Source: an uncultured Alistipes sp. (GTDB lineage Bacteria > Bacteroidota > Bacteroidia > Bacteroidales > Rikenellaceae). From it: a stretch of 64,000 nucleotides of DNA. The notes beneath the pieces are model-generated. The model was not told the DNA's origin. It worked only from the letters and a program-made list of their open reading frames with translations, and made no database searches. The DNA lies in assembly GCA_945494785.1 (NCBI GenBank), contig CALYVN010000001.1, positions 14,091-78,090 of the forward strand, written 5' to 3'. Position numbers and translations under genes: made by a program. Of the stretch, positions 10,112-18,474 are shown piece by piece (positions within the stretch are counted from its first letter, which is position 1; the number at the start of each line of letters is the position of its first letter).

Positions 10112-13081
10112 TTATTGTCTGTTGGTTTTCAAGAATTTCATTATGTCGTTCATCAACACATCGCGCGATTCGGCATCGGTAATGGTCTCGAACGGGAAGC
10201 CCATGACGAATGTCGCGCCGTTGTCTGCTCCGCGCCAGCCTATTGCAGCCGGCAAGCCGGTATCGGAATAACGCATCAGTGCGCATGCACCTTCGCCCGC
10301 AGGCAAAAATGCGTCGGTCGAATTGACGGTATAACATTCGCTCGTGTAGTCGGTGCAGAATCGGTACTCTCCGGCTGTCAAAGGATGCGCCGCATTGCGC
10401 AATACCGTAGTCGCTTGTCCCGAGCGTGTGGCTCGTTCTGTCGCAAAATCGATATGGAGCGTGTTGCGTGCAAAATCGCGCTCGGTTGCGTCGCTGCCCT
10501 TGCCTTTGAACAGGTCGTAACCGATATATGCTCCCGAAACGAATAGCGCACCACCGCCATCGACATAATCGGCAATGGCATGTTGCAATTCTCTTGTGAA
10601 ACAACGATAACGCAGACCCGACAGCCCTTTGCCCGTTTCGGTGGTGCGCTGTTTGCCGAGTATCAGATTGACGGCATCGTACTCCGACAAGCCGACAGTA
10701 CCCGCTTCGACCGCTTTGCGGCTTGCGGATGCAAACGAACAACCCGCTTTGGCAAGGCTGACGCCATAGAGATACGGATAGTCGAAAGTGTTGCCGCCGA
10801 CAACACCTCCTTCCCTGTCACAATACGATGCTCCGAGTGCCTGCAATTCGTTTTTGTCGCGACGATGAAGGGTGTCGAATATGCGCTGCTCGCCGATAAA
10901 CGCCACATCGCGCATATATGCGCAACCGCTGTCGAAATCGTTGTGAAAACCGCATGCGTCACTTGCAGGAGCGGCCACTCGATTGAAACCGTTTACGATT
11001 AAAACCTTTGCTTTGTCATTCGGCACGATGCAGGCAGCCAATGTTTCGCTCGGAAAACTCTCGCCTCCCGCATTGATTGCCGCAACGCGGTAGGAGTATA
11101 TTTTGCCGACCTCCTGTTTTACCACAACGGTCGTATCTTGCAGCACGATGCCGTTGTCGAAACCGTTGTCGCCTATGCGTGTATATAGTCTGTATGCCGT
11201 AGCGTTTGCGGTCGATTCCAACGAATCGCACACGGGCGACCAAGAGAGAGCGACCTCGTCTGTGCCGATTATGTTGGCGGCAAATTCCTCTACGGGCAGA
11301 GGTGCCACGACATAATCCGTACCGTATTGCTCGGACAAGTGGCGCAATATGCCTTTGTATATTGCCCGCGCAACCGTAAATTTGAAATTCGGGTCGTGGC
11401 CGTATCGCATATCAGCCAAATTCTGATGCGAGAGCAATTCCAACAGCATGGCGGGAACAGACGGTACGCGAGCCTCGAAATAGGAGCGATTCCACATGCC
11501 GCGCCGTCTCCATTCGGCATCGAACGTGCGGCGCACATCGCTGCATATTTGCGACATCACCGCATCGGTCAAATCGCGCGAACGATAACGGCTCACTTTG
11601 TCAGTAAATTTGCCCTTGTTGAAGCGGGTGAAGAAGATGCCGAGCGTTCCTATTGTATTGTCGTTGTCGGTGATACCGGCGTCGGTGTGGAATGCCAGCG
11701 ACATATCTATCGGAATGCCCAAGCCACTCTCTTTCGGCAATTTTTTGCTGCCACCCATCAGAGCATTGACCCATGCGCCCCGCGACATATAGTCGTCCTT
11801 GTAGTCGTCGGCATCGCGATTCGGATTATATACCTTTCCGTCGAAACCCGCCCATTGCAACCAATAGCGGGAGCCTTCGCAATAACGCGGCATGCCGCTC
11901 GTGCAAGGTCGGTAGTCCCAGCCCTCTGTTCGCAACGAATCGCACACCGTTCGGGCTATGTTGCCCACTCCTCCGCCTATCTTGACGGCATCGGCGCAGA
12001 CGGTTTGCCCTGCCTTGTCCGAAATGTTCGACAGCGTAACGACAGCCTTGTCCTTGAATCGGAATGTGCCGAGATATATCCAAGTGCCTCCGCCTATGCG
12101 CTGATTGACACAGAAGCGGCTCGTTCCGCCGGCATGGATTACCGCATAGCGGGCATCGTCGCTGCTTGTAGGTAGCGAACGATACGAGACATATACGGCA
12201 TATTCACCCTCTTGCGGTATAGAGACACTCCATTGTGCCGTGCTTTTGTGCATCTCGCCGCGCACGGTTTTGACCATGCGGCTCGTACCGTCGGCAAAAG
12301 GATTCTCGCCCGAGAGATATACCGCCTTTTTGTGGGCGAATCCTGGGCCATAATCGCTCCAAGCATGCGTCCCGTTGGTCTCCGCATATCGGGAGCAGGT
12401 GTCGATACCTTCGTCGTTGTCGGCAATGATTTCGATACTCTGAAAATCGCGTTCGCGCGGCAATAGTACTGTGGCTCCCGCATTTTCGAGCATCGGCACG
12501 AGATACGGCAGTACATAACTCTGCGTGTACAAATCCTCGACCGTTTGCCAAAGCAACGAACGTTGCCAACACCATTCGTTCTTTTTTTGGTTGAAATAGC
12601 GGCCATGGCTCTGCCACAATGCTATATGGCGATTGCTCAATCCTTGCGTTATCGCATACGGGCGCGATTCGCTGCGTACCAACTGCCGACCGTCGGACGA
12701 GTTGGTAAATCTCCTTTCGCGGGTTGCGGTGCGATAACACAGCGGTATAAGTTCGTCGAGCGGACGATTGTCGGAGATGATTGCGATTTTGCGGTTGCTG
12801 TACTCTTTCGGCAACAGCGTGCGCACAGAATCGTATAATGCCTGCAAATTATCCTCGCGCACGGGATAGTAGGACATGGTAATCGATGTCGTTATCTCGA
12901 CCGTATTGCGACGCAGCGATACCGACGCTACCGATACGGGACACCGTCCGACTTCGCGCTCGGCGATTCTCGTGAGCATGGCGGCAATGTCGCTTTTCAG
13001 AATGCTGTCGGTCAGCGAATGCCCTGCCGCACAAAGTGTTGTGCAGATTGCAATAAATGCAGTAAATATAAGTTTGCTCAT
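10112..13081 (-). CDS. Large secreted multidomain protein: split amidase_3 (MurNAc-LAA-like) fold with inserted beta-sandwich, Fn3, and C-terminal GATase1/ThuA-like domain
   Basis: The start is set at MSKLIFTAFIAICTTLCAAG (signal peptide). Amidase_3-like motif triad: WQSHGRYF, SLAFHTDAG, PAMLLELLSHQN, with a roughly 300-aa insert (GEYAVYVSY...GGTWIYLGTFRF). Fn3-like ALSWSP...YSYRVAAINAGGES. C-terminal VLIVNGFNRV...GGALFVSGAYIG. Confidence 0.6.
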   Translation of the reverse strand: MSKLIFTAFIAICTTLCAAGHSLTDSILKSDIAAMLTRIAEREVGRCPVSVASVSLRRNTVEITTSITMSYYPVREDNLQALYDSVRTLLPKEYSNRKIAIISDNRPLDELIPLCYRTATRERRFTNSSDGRQLVRSESRPYAITQGLSNRHIALWQSHGRYFNQKKNEWCWQRSLLWQTVEDLYTQSYVLPYLVPMLENAGATVLLPRERDFQSIEIIADNDEGIDTCSRYAETNGTHAWSDYGPGFAHKKAVYLSGENPFADGTSRMVKTVRGEMHKSTAQWSVSIPQEGEYAVYVSYRSLPTSSDDARYAVIHAGGTSRFCVNQRIGGGTWIYLGTFRFKDKAVVTLSNISDKAGQTVCADAVKIGGGVGNIARTVCDSLRTEGWDYRPCTSGMPRYCEGSRYWLQWAGFDGKVYNPNRDADDYKDDYMSRGAWVNALMGGSKKLPKESGLGIPIDMSLAFHTDAGITDNDNTIGTLGIFFTRFNKGKFTDKVSRYRSRDLTDAVMSQICSDVRRTFDAEWRRRGMWNRSYFEARVPSVPAMLLELLSHQNLADMRYGHDPNFKFTVARAIYKGILRHLSEQYGTDYVVAPLPVEEFAANIIGTDEVALSWSPVCDSLESTANATAYRLYTRIGDNGFDNGIVLQDTTVVVKQEVGKIYSYRVAAINAGGESFPSETLAACIVPNDKAKVLIVNGFNRVAAPASDACGFHNDFDSGCAYMRDVAFIGEQRIFDTLHRRDKNELQALGASYCDREGGVVGGNTFDYPYLYGVSLAKAGCSFASASRKAVEAGTVGLSEYDAVNLILGKQRTTETGKGLSGLRYRCFTRELQHAIADYVDGGGALFVSGAYIGYDLFKGKGSDATERDFARNTLHIDFATERATRSGQATTVLRNAAHPLTAGEYRFCTDYTSECYTVNSTDAFLPAGEGACALMRYSDTGLPAAIGWRGADNGATFVMGFPFETITDAESRDVLMNDIMKFLKTNRQ

Positions 13082-13109
13082 CTCGGTTGCCAATCTGTTG
13101 AAACCGCAA

Positions 13110-13117
13110 CAAAGATA
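13110..13117 (-). promoter_or_regulatory. -7 promoter box (TATCTTTG) upstream of the 10112-13081 gene
   Basis: The plus strand reads caaagata, 28 nt upstream of the ATG at 13081. This supports that start over the ORF-track start at 13120. Confidence 0.5.
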
Positions 13118-13180
13118 CAAAAAAGCAGGAATAATGACCTATAAATTTTACCTGCTGTCTTTCGCCTCAAATATTATTTA

Positions 13181-13188
13181 TATCTTTG
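13181..13188 (+). promoter_or_regulatory. -7 promoter box (TATCTTTG) upstream of 13211 gene
   Basis: tatctttg lies 22 nt upstream of the ATG at 13211. Confidence 0.5.
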
Positions 13189-13210
13189 TCGTACAAGAAA
13201 ACCATTTGTC

Positions 13211-13723
13211 ATGATTCTTAAATACAGAATGCTCAGCGACGAAAACGACAATTTCGTTCGCGATTTCGAGGTGTTGCCGGAGATGACGCTTTCGCAATTT
13301 CACTCTTTCATTATCCGGTCGCTCGGTTACGACGATTGCATGACGTCGTTTTTCGTGTCGGACGATTGTTGGAATCGTCTGCGTGAATATACGCTGATGG
13401 ATATGGGCGGAGATGTTGCGGGCGACGGCGAAGCACCCGCACCGATGGATACCGTTACGTTGGCAGAGTTGATTGTGGCCGATTGCAAACGGTTGATTTA
13501 CCAATTCGACATCTTCTCCGACCGCGCATATTATCTCGAATTTGTCGATGCGTACCAACCTCTGCCGTCGTTGGAATATCCGCGTGTGGCATTCGAGAAT
13601 GCCCCTGTACCCGACCAATACGACCCCGATGCCGTCAATCCGGACGAAGGCTCGATTTTCGAGGAGATGATGGGCGATTTCGACGATTTCGATGGAGACG
13701 ACAATTACGACGATGAATACTAA
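13211..13723 (+). CDS. Hypothetical protein, MM3350/pRiA4b-ORF3-like core with strongly acidic C-terminal tail
   Basis: 170 aa. YRMLSDENDNFVRDFEVLPEMTLSQFHSFIIRSLGYDD...LIYQFDIFSDRAYYLEF follows the pRiA4b ORF-3-like pattern. The tail is EEMMGDFDDFDGDDNYDDEY. Confidence 0.55.
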   Translation: MILKYRMLSDENDNFVRDFEVLPEMTLSQFHSFIIRSLGYDDCMTSFFVSDDCWNRLREYTLMDMGGDVAGDGEAPAPMDTVTLAELIVADCKRLIYQFDIFSDRAYYLEFVDAYQPLPSLEYPRVAFENAPVPDQYDPDAVNPDEGSIFEEMMGDFDDFDGDDNYDDEY

Positions 13724-14642
13724 ACGACATCGCATTATCGTAATTGTCGGCCCGACAGGTTCCGGCAAAACCGATTTGAGCATAACGCTCGCTCGTCGAT
13801 ACGATGCGCCCATAATATCTGCCGATTCGCGACAAATCTATCGCGGCATGGCCATCGGTACGGCGCAACCGACGCCTGAGCAACTCCAATCGGCAGAACA
13901 CCATTTTATTGCCTCGCACGACGTCTCGCAAACCTTCAATTGTGGTGCATTCGCACAGCAGGCTTTGGCTCTGTTGGATAAATTGTTCGTCGAACATCCG
14001 ACGGTTATCGTTGTCGGCGGGTCGGGATTGTACATAAAGGCGTTGTGTGAAGGAATGGACGATTTACCGGAGGTCGATGAGCAACTGCGCAACCGGATAG
14101 CCCGCGAATATGCCGAAGGTGGTTTGGCTCCTTTGGCCGAGGAGTTGCGGGAGTGCGACCCTGCATACTACGAGCAGGTCGATCGCTCGAATCCCGCCCG
14201 CGTTTTGCGTGCCATCGAGGTTTGTCGCGCTACGGGCTTGCCCTATTCCGCCATGCGCAAAGGCGAGAGGGCGCAGCGCGATTTTGATATTGTAAAGATA
14301 GGTGTGGAGCGTCCGCGCGAGGAGTTGTACAATCGCATCAATCGCCGTGTCGATGCGATGATGACAGAGGGTTTGGAGGCGGAGGCAAGGGCTATGCTGC
14401 CATATCGCAACAACAATGCTCTGAATACGGTCGGTTACCGCGAGTTGTTCGATTGCTTCGACGGCATAATTTCGCGCGATGAAGCGGTGGAGTTAATCAA
14501 ACGCAATTCGCGGCGATATGCCAAACGCCAGATGACATGGTTCGGGCGCGATACGGAGATACGATGGTTCGACCCTTTGCAGGTCGATGAAATAGTGAAT
14601 TATATCGATTCCCGATTTGGAGAATCCGATATAAAATCATAA
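13713..14642 (+). CDS. miaA: tRNA dimethylallyltransferase
   Basis: Contains the P-loop IIVIVGPTGSGKTDLS, DSRQIYRGMAIGTAQP and RRYAKRQMTWF. The start may be 13692 or 13713, and either overlaps the upstream gene. Confidence 0.9.
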   Translation: MNTKRHRIIVIVGPTGSGKTDLSITLARRYDAPIISADSRQIYRGMAIGTAQPTPEQLQSAEHHFIASHDVSQTFNCGAFAQQALALLDKLFVEHPTVIVVGGSGLYIKALCEGMDDLPEVDEQLRNRIAREYAEGGLAPLAEELRECDPAYYEQVDRSNPARVLRAIEVCRATGLPYSAMRKGERAQRDFDIVKIGVERPREELYNRINRRVDAMMTEGLEAEARAMLPYRNNNALNTVGYRELFDCFDGIISRDEAVELIKRNSRRYAKRQMTWFGRDTEIRWFDPLQVDEIVNYIDSRFGESDIKS

Positions 14643-14647
14643 ATTTG
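14640..14647 (+). promoter_or_regulatory. -7 promoter box (TAAATTTG) upstream of tRNA-Leu
   Basis: taaatttg overlaps the miaA stop codon, 33 nt upstream of tRNA position 1. Confidence 0.4.
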
Positions 14648-14680
14648 CACCGCATTTGCTCCATGAGGCATGGTGCTGAT

Positions 14681-14766
14681 GCTCGGATGGTGGAATAGGT
14701 AGACACGCCGGACTTAAAATCCTGTGAACAGAAATGTTCGTGCCGGTTCGACCCCGGCTCCGAGTA
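14681..14766 (+). tRNA. tRNA-Leu (anticodon UAA)
   Basis: Cloverleaf read by eye. Acceptor GCTCGGA/TCCGAGT. D arm GTGG..ACAC region. Anticodon arm CCGGA-CTTAAAA-TCCTG. Long variable arm GAACA-GAAA-TGTTC. T arm GCCGG-TTCGACC-CCGGC. No CCA is encoded. Confidence 0.85.
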
Positions 14767-14831
14767 CGACTTAATACCGCCGACACTCCGGTCGGCAATA
14801 ATCAGATTATTATACAACCAAACAATCGAAT

Positions 14832-16475
14832 ATGCAGGATTTAGATGCCCTGAAAGGCAAATCGGTTGCCGAATTGCGCGAAATAGCAAAGGCGTTCGGC
14901 ATCCAAGAGAAGAATTTGTCTCGAAAAGAGATTATAGCGCGATTGGCCGGCTCGGATACGGCGACCCCGACAGAGGCAGCCGAGAATGTTGCACCGGTTG
15001 CAGAGCGTCCTAAACGAGGCCGTCGTCCGCGTATGGCCGGCGTGAAAGTCGGTGGCGAGAGTACGCCCGTTGTTCAACAAGAGCAACGCACCGAAACCGT
15101 ATTGGCAGATGCGGCAGCGACAGAGAAACAACCGGCAGAAACGGCTTCCGTTGCCGAAAGTGTGGCAGAGCCTGTCGCAATGCCGAAGCGTCGCGGTCGC
15201 AAGCCTAAAAATGCAACACCCGCACCCGTGCAGGAACCTGCTGTGGTTGCGAAGGCGGAGAACGGCGATAATATTGCCGCCAAACAATCCGAGACCGTTA
15301 CCGTAGAGCCGAAAGAGGAGAAATCGGTAGAGGAGAAGGTTATCACCAAAGACGATTTTGCGGCAGAGGTCGTGGGAGAAGGCGTATTGGAGTTGATACC
15401 GGACGGCTATGGTTTCCTGCGTTCGGCAGATTACAACTACCTAAATTCGCCGGACGACATCTATGTTTCGCCTGCGCAAATCAAACTGTTCGGTCTGAAA
15501 TCGGGCGATACCGTGCGGGGTGTCATCCGTCCGCCGAAAGAGGGTGAAAAGTATTTCCCGCTTGTAAGGGTTACGGAGATAAACGGTTTGGAGCCCGAAT
15601 TTATCCGCGACCGCGTTCAGTTCGAGTTTATGACTCCTCTGTTCCCGAGCGAAAAATTCAATCTGACGGGCAACGGCCACAATACGCTGTCGAATCGTGT
15701 GGTAGATTTGTTCTCGCCAATCGGCAAGGGGCAGCGTGCATTGATTGTCGCACAGCCGAAGACGGGTAAGACGATGCTGTTACAGGGCATAGCCAATGCC
15801 ATTGCCGACAATCATCCCGAAGTATATATGATTGTGTTGCTGATTGACGAGCGTCCGGAGGAGGTTACCGAAATGGCACGCCACGTAAAGGCGGAAGTGG
15901 TTGCATCGACCTTCGATGAGCAGGCAACGCGCCATGTGAAGGTGGCGGAGATGGTACTCGAAAAGGCAAAGCGCATGGTGGAATGCGGACACGACGTGGT
16001 GATTTTGTTGGATTCGATAACCCGTCTGGCACGGGCCTACAACTCCGTTCAACCTGCATCGGGCAAGGTGCTGTCGGGCGGTGTGGATGCCAATGCACTC
16101 CACAAGCCGAAACGTTTCTTCGGTGCAGCCCGCAATACTGAGGAGAAAGGCTCGCTGACCATCATAGCAACCGCATTGATTGATACGGGTTCGAAGATGG
16201 ACGAGGTCATATTCGAGGAGTTCAAAGGTACCGGCAATATGGAGTTGCAACTCGACCGCAAACTTGCCAACAAGCGCATCTACCCTGCTGTCGATGTGAT
16301 TGCATCGGGTACTCGTCGCGAGGATTTGCTGCTCTCCAAGGAGGTGATGAACCGCACATGGATATTGCGCAAGTATCTGTCGGACATGACGACCGTCGAG
16401 GCTATGGAGTTCCTGCAAAAGCAGATGAATCTCACTTCGACCAATGAGGAGTTTTTGGCAACCATGAATCAATAA
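14832..16475 (+). CDS. rho: Transcription termination factor Rho (with N-terminal disordered insertion)
   Basis: 547 aa. Rho N-terminal helix bundle ([18 protein letters not shown]), CSD motif DGYGFLRS, Walker A AQPKTGKT, and the C-terminal [17 protein letters not shown]. Confidence 0.95.
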   Translation: MQDLDALKGKSVAELREIAKAFGIQEKNLSRKEIIARLAGSDTATPTEAAENVAPVAERPKRGRRPRMAGVKVGGESTPVVQQEQRTETVLADAAATEKQPAETASVAESVAEPVAMPKRRGRKPKNATPAPVQEPAVVAKAENGDNIAAKQSETVTVEPKEEKSVEEKVITKDDFAAEVVGEGVLELIPDGYGFLRSADYNYLNSPDDIYVSPAQIKLFGLKSGDTVRGVIRPPKEGEKYFPLVRVTEINGLEPEFIRDRVQFEFMTPLFPSEKFNLTGNGHNTLSNRVVDLFSPIGKGQRALIVAQPKTGKTMLLQGIANAIADNHPEVYMIVLLIDERPEEVTEMARHVKAEVVASTFDEQATRHVKVAEMVLEKAKRMVECGHDVVILLDSITRLARAYNSVQPASGKVLSGGVDANALHKPKRFFGAARNTEEKGSLTIIATALIDTGSKMDEVIFEEFKGTGNMELQLDRKLANKRIYPAVDVIASGTRREDLLLSKEVMNRTWILRKYLSDMTTVEAMEFLQKQMNLTSTNEEFLATMNQ

Positions 16476-16490
16476 AACCTACGGAACACA

Positions 16491-17267
16491 ATGAAAAAGT
16501 CGCTTGTTTTGGGCTGTCTGCTCTGCTCGTGCCTGACCGCTTTCGGTTGGGGACAAAAGGGACACGACGTGATTGCATACATAGCAGAGTGCAATCTGAC
16601 ACCCGCTGCCTATTCCAAAGCGGTAAAGGCGTTGGGCAACCATTCGTTGGTATATTATGCCAATTGGATGGACAATGCCAGCCACACGCCCGAATATCGC
16701 TATACCAAGAGTTGGCACTATGCCAACATCGACAAGGGTTTCACCTACGAGACCATGCAGAAAAACGAGAACGGCGATGTGGTCGTGGCCATCGACGAAA
16801 TCGTTACCAAACTCAAAAGCGGTCGCCTTACGCCCGAGCAGGAGGAGATAAATCTGCGCTTTCTGATTCATCTTGTCGGCGACATTCATGCACCGATGCA
16901 CGCGGGGCATTTGAGCGATTTGGGAGGCAACAAGGTGATGATAAAGTTCTTCGGGCGCGAATACAAACTCCATGCAATTTGGGATACCAATCTCGTCGAG
17001 TTCTGCCACAAATGGAGTTATACCGAGTGGCAGCAGCAGTTGGACAAATATACGCCTGCAGAGGATAAGGAGCGCATCGCACAGGGTGCGCCTATTGATT
17101 GGCTGACGGAGAGTGCCGAGATTGCGACCGATATATATATAAATACGCCTGCCAAAACAGATGTTTCGTTCGGTTATGTGGCATATTACACGCCGACCAT
17201 AGAGCGGCGTCTTCTTGCAGCCGGTCTGCGCCTTGCACGACTGCTGAACGAGATATATGGCGAATAG
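16491..17267 (+). CDS. S1/P1 family nuclease, secreted
   Basis: 258 aa. A signal peptide is followed by WGQKGHDVIAYIAE, WHYANID, HLVGDIHAPMH and LHAIWD. Confidence 0.85.
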   Translation: MKKSLVLGCLLCSCLTAFGWGQKGHDVIAYIAECNLTPAAYSKAVKALGNHSLVYYANWMDNASHTPEYRYTKSWHYANIDKGFTYETMQKNENGDVVVAIDEIVTKLKSGRLTPEQEEINLRFLIHLVGDIHAPMHAGHLSDLGGNKVMIKFFGREYKLHAIWDTNLVEFCHKWSYTEWQQQLDKYTPAEDKERIAQGAPIDWLTESAEIATDIYINTPAKTDVSFGYVAYYTPTIERRLLAAGLRLARLLNEIYGE

Positions 17268-17287
17268 GTAGTGCTGCAACGGTAAAT

Positions 17288-17320
17288 GCAACACCCGACA
17301 TCCAAGATGTCGGGTGTTGC
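17288..17320. terminator. Hairpin between convergent nuclease gene and menA
   Basis: A perfect 14-bp stem, gcaacacccgacat / atgtcgggtgttgc, with a 5-nt loop. Confidence 0.6.
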
Positions 17321-17338
17321 GTTATACAGAGGTTGTCT

Positions 17339-18211
17339 CTATTTCAGAACTGCCAATCCTGCAACGAGCGTCAGGGTGAACAGCAGCAGATTGCGGGCAG
17401 TTTCGCCGAGTACGGGATTGAGTTCGGCTCCGCTGCGTCGGGTCATCTTGCGGGTGGTCGCTATATGCAGTAGCAGATATGGCACAAAGAACACGATAAG
17501 CCGCCAATCGATTGCAGCCACACACGCAATGGCAATCACTCCGTGGGCAAAATAGAGAGGTATTACCCAACGGCGACCGAACATTACAACCGTTGTCCTC
17601 TTACCTACCTGCGCATCGTTGTCCGCATCGCGATAGTTATTTACCAACAAGATATTCTCAATCAACCCACCGAATGCCAAGCAGCCGAGCCATACATAGC
17701 CATTGACGTTGCCCGCCATTACATAATAGGTCAATCCCAAGGCGGCAAAACCGAAGAAGAGTACGACTGCTATATCGCCCAATCCGTGATATGCCAACGG
17801 ATATGGTCCTGCCGAATATGCAACGGCAAACAGGGCGATTATGATGCCTATCGGCAACAACTCCCAACCGCGCAGATATATCAATATGCAACCTATGGCG
17901 CATGCAACCGTCAATACGCCTATCGTCGCCATAAGCACCTGCTGCGGTGCAATGTCGCCCGATGCAACCATGCGGCGAGGACCGACGCGGTCGTCGTTGT
18001 CCGCTCCGCTTTTGAAATCGAAGTAGTCGTTGGCCATATTGGCAGCCGATTGAGCCAGCAGCGCAAATATCAGGCAAATAACGACAATCGGCAGATTGAA
18101 CGACCCGAAATACCAGCCATAGGCTCCTGCCGCAATGACGGGACAGACAGATGCCGGCAATGTTCTCGGCCTTACTGCCATAATCCATTTTGTGATAACA
18201 GACTGTTTCAT
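17339..18211 (-). CDS. menA: 1,4-dihydroxy-2-naphthoate polyprenyltransferase (UbiA superfamily)
   Basis: 290 aa, polytopic. Motifs: MAVRPRTLPAS and ANDYFDFKSGADNDDRVGP. Confidence 0.85.
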   Translation of the reverse strand: MKQSVITKWIMAVRPRTLPASVCPVIAAGAYGWYFGSFNLPIVVICLIFALLAQSAANMANDYFDFKSGADNDDRVGPRRMVASGDIAPQQVLMATIGVLTVACAIGCILIYLRGWELLPIGIIIALFAVAYSAGPYPLAYHGLGDIAVVLFFGFAALGLTYYVMAGNVNGYVWLGCLAFGGLIENILLVNNYRDADNDAQVGKRTTVVMFGRRWVIPLYFAHGVIAIACVAAIDWRLIVFFVPYLLLHIATTRKMTRRSGAELNPVLGETARNLLLFTLTLVAGLAVLK

Positions 18212-18267
18212 TGTAAATTTAGATTATTAAAGTAAAAAAGCAATAAGGGAGAGAAAATTTGTCTTTG

Positions 18268-18339
18268 AGCGGGAAACGGGGTTCGAACCCGCGACCCTCG
18301 GCTTGGGAAGCCGATGCTCTACCACTGAGCTACTCCCGC
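18268..18339 (-). tRNA. tRNA-Gly (anticodon CCC)
   Basis: The reverse complement reads GCGGGAG-TA-GCTC-AGTGGTA-GAGC-A-TCGGC-TTCCCAA-GCCGA-GGGTC-GCGGG-TTCGAAC-CCCGT-TTCCCGC-T. Confidence 0.9.
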
Positions 18340-18342
18340 AGA

Positions 18343-18384
18343 AACAAAGCCTCTTGCAACGAATGTGCATCGGGAGGCTTTGTT
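18343..18384 (-). terminator. Hairpin downstream of the acyl-CoA ligase gene, just upstream of tRNA-Gly
   Basis: An 11-12 bp stem, aacaaagcctc / gaggctttgtt, with a roughly 20-nt loop. It could be a terminator or a leader hairpin, because a -7 box lies upstream of it. Confidence 0.35.
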
Positions 18385-18395
18385 CAAAAGCGTTA

Positions 18396-18403
18396 CAAAG
18401 GTA
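18396..18403 (-). promoter_or_regulatory. -7 promoter box (TACCTTTG) upstream of tRNA-Gly
   Basis: The plus strand reads caaaggta, between the acyl-CoA ligase stop and the hairpin/tRNA-Gly. Confidence 0.35.
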
Positions 18404-18474
18404 TTGCAAAATAATTTTGCAACCAAATTTGCGACCGTCTCTTTTGTGCCGGCATACAAAATTTCGGTCTGTCG

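Noticed and set aside
9663-10742. A 359-aa minus-strand ORF spanning the junction of the GH20 gene and the 990-aa gene. A similar same-strand out-of-frame ORF lies at 7130-7948.
   Set aside because: It is an out-of-frame read through two real genes. The product is Arg/Cys/His-rich, which is typical of frame-shifted GC-rich coding sequence. It crosses an intergenic gap without any start context.
13118-13180. The spacing between divergent -7 boxes is an identical 63 nt at two loci, 13110/13181 and 41033/41104. This was considered as a repeated regulatory cassette.
   Set aside because: The two 63-nt spacers share no convincing sequence similarity beyond AT-richness. I treat it as coincidence.
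14640-18403. The tRNA-Leu and tRNA-Gly genes were considered as integration sites flanking a genomic island.
   Set aside because: There is no integrase, no direct repeat of a tRNA 3' end, and no mobility gene nearby. The genes between and around them (rho, S1/P1 nuclease, menA) are ordinary chromosomal genes with a uniform look.
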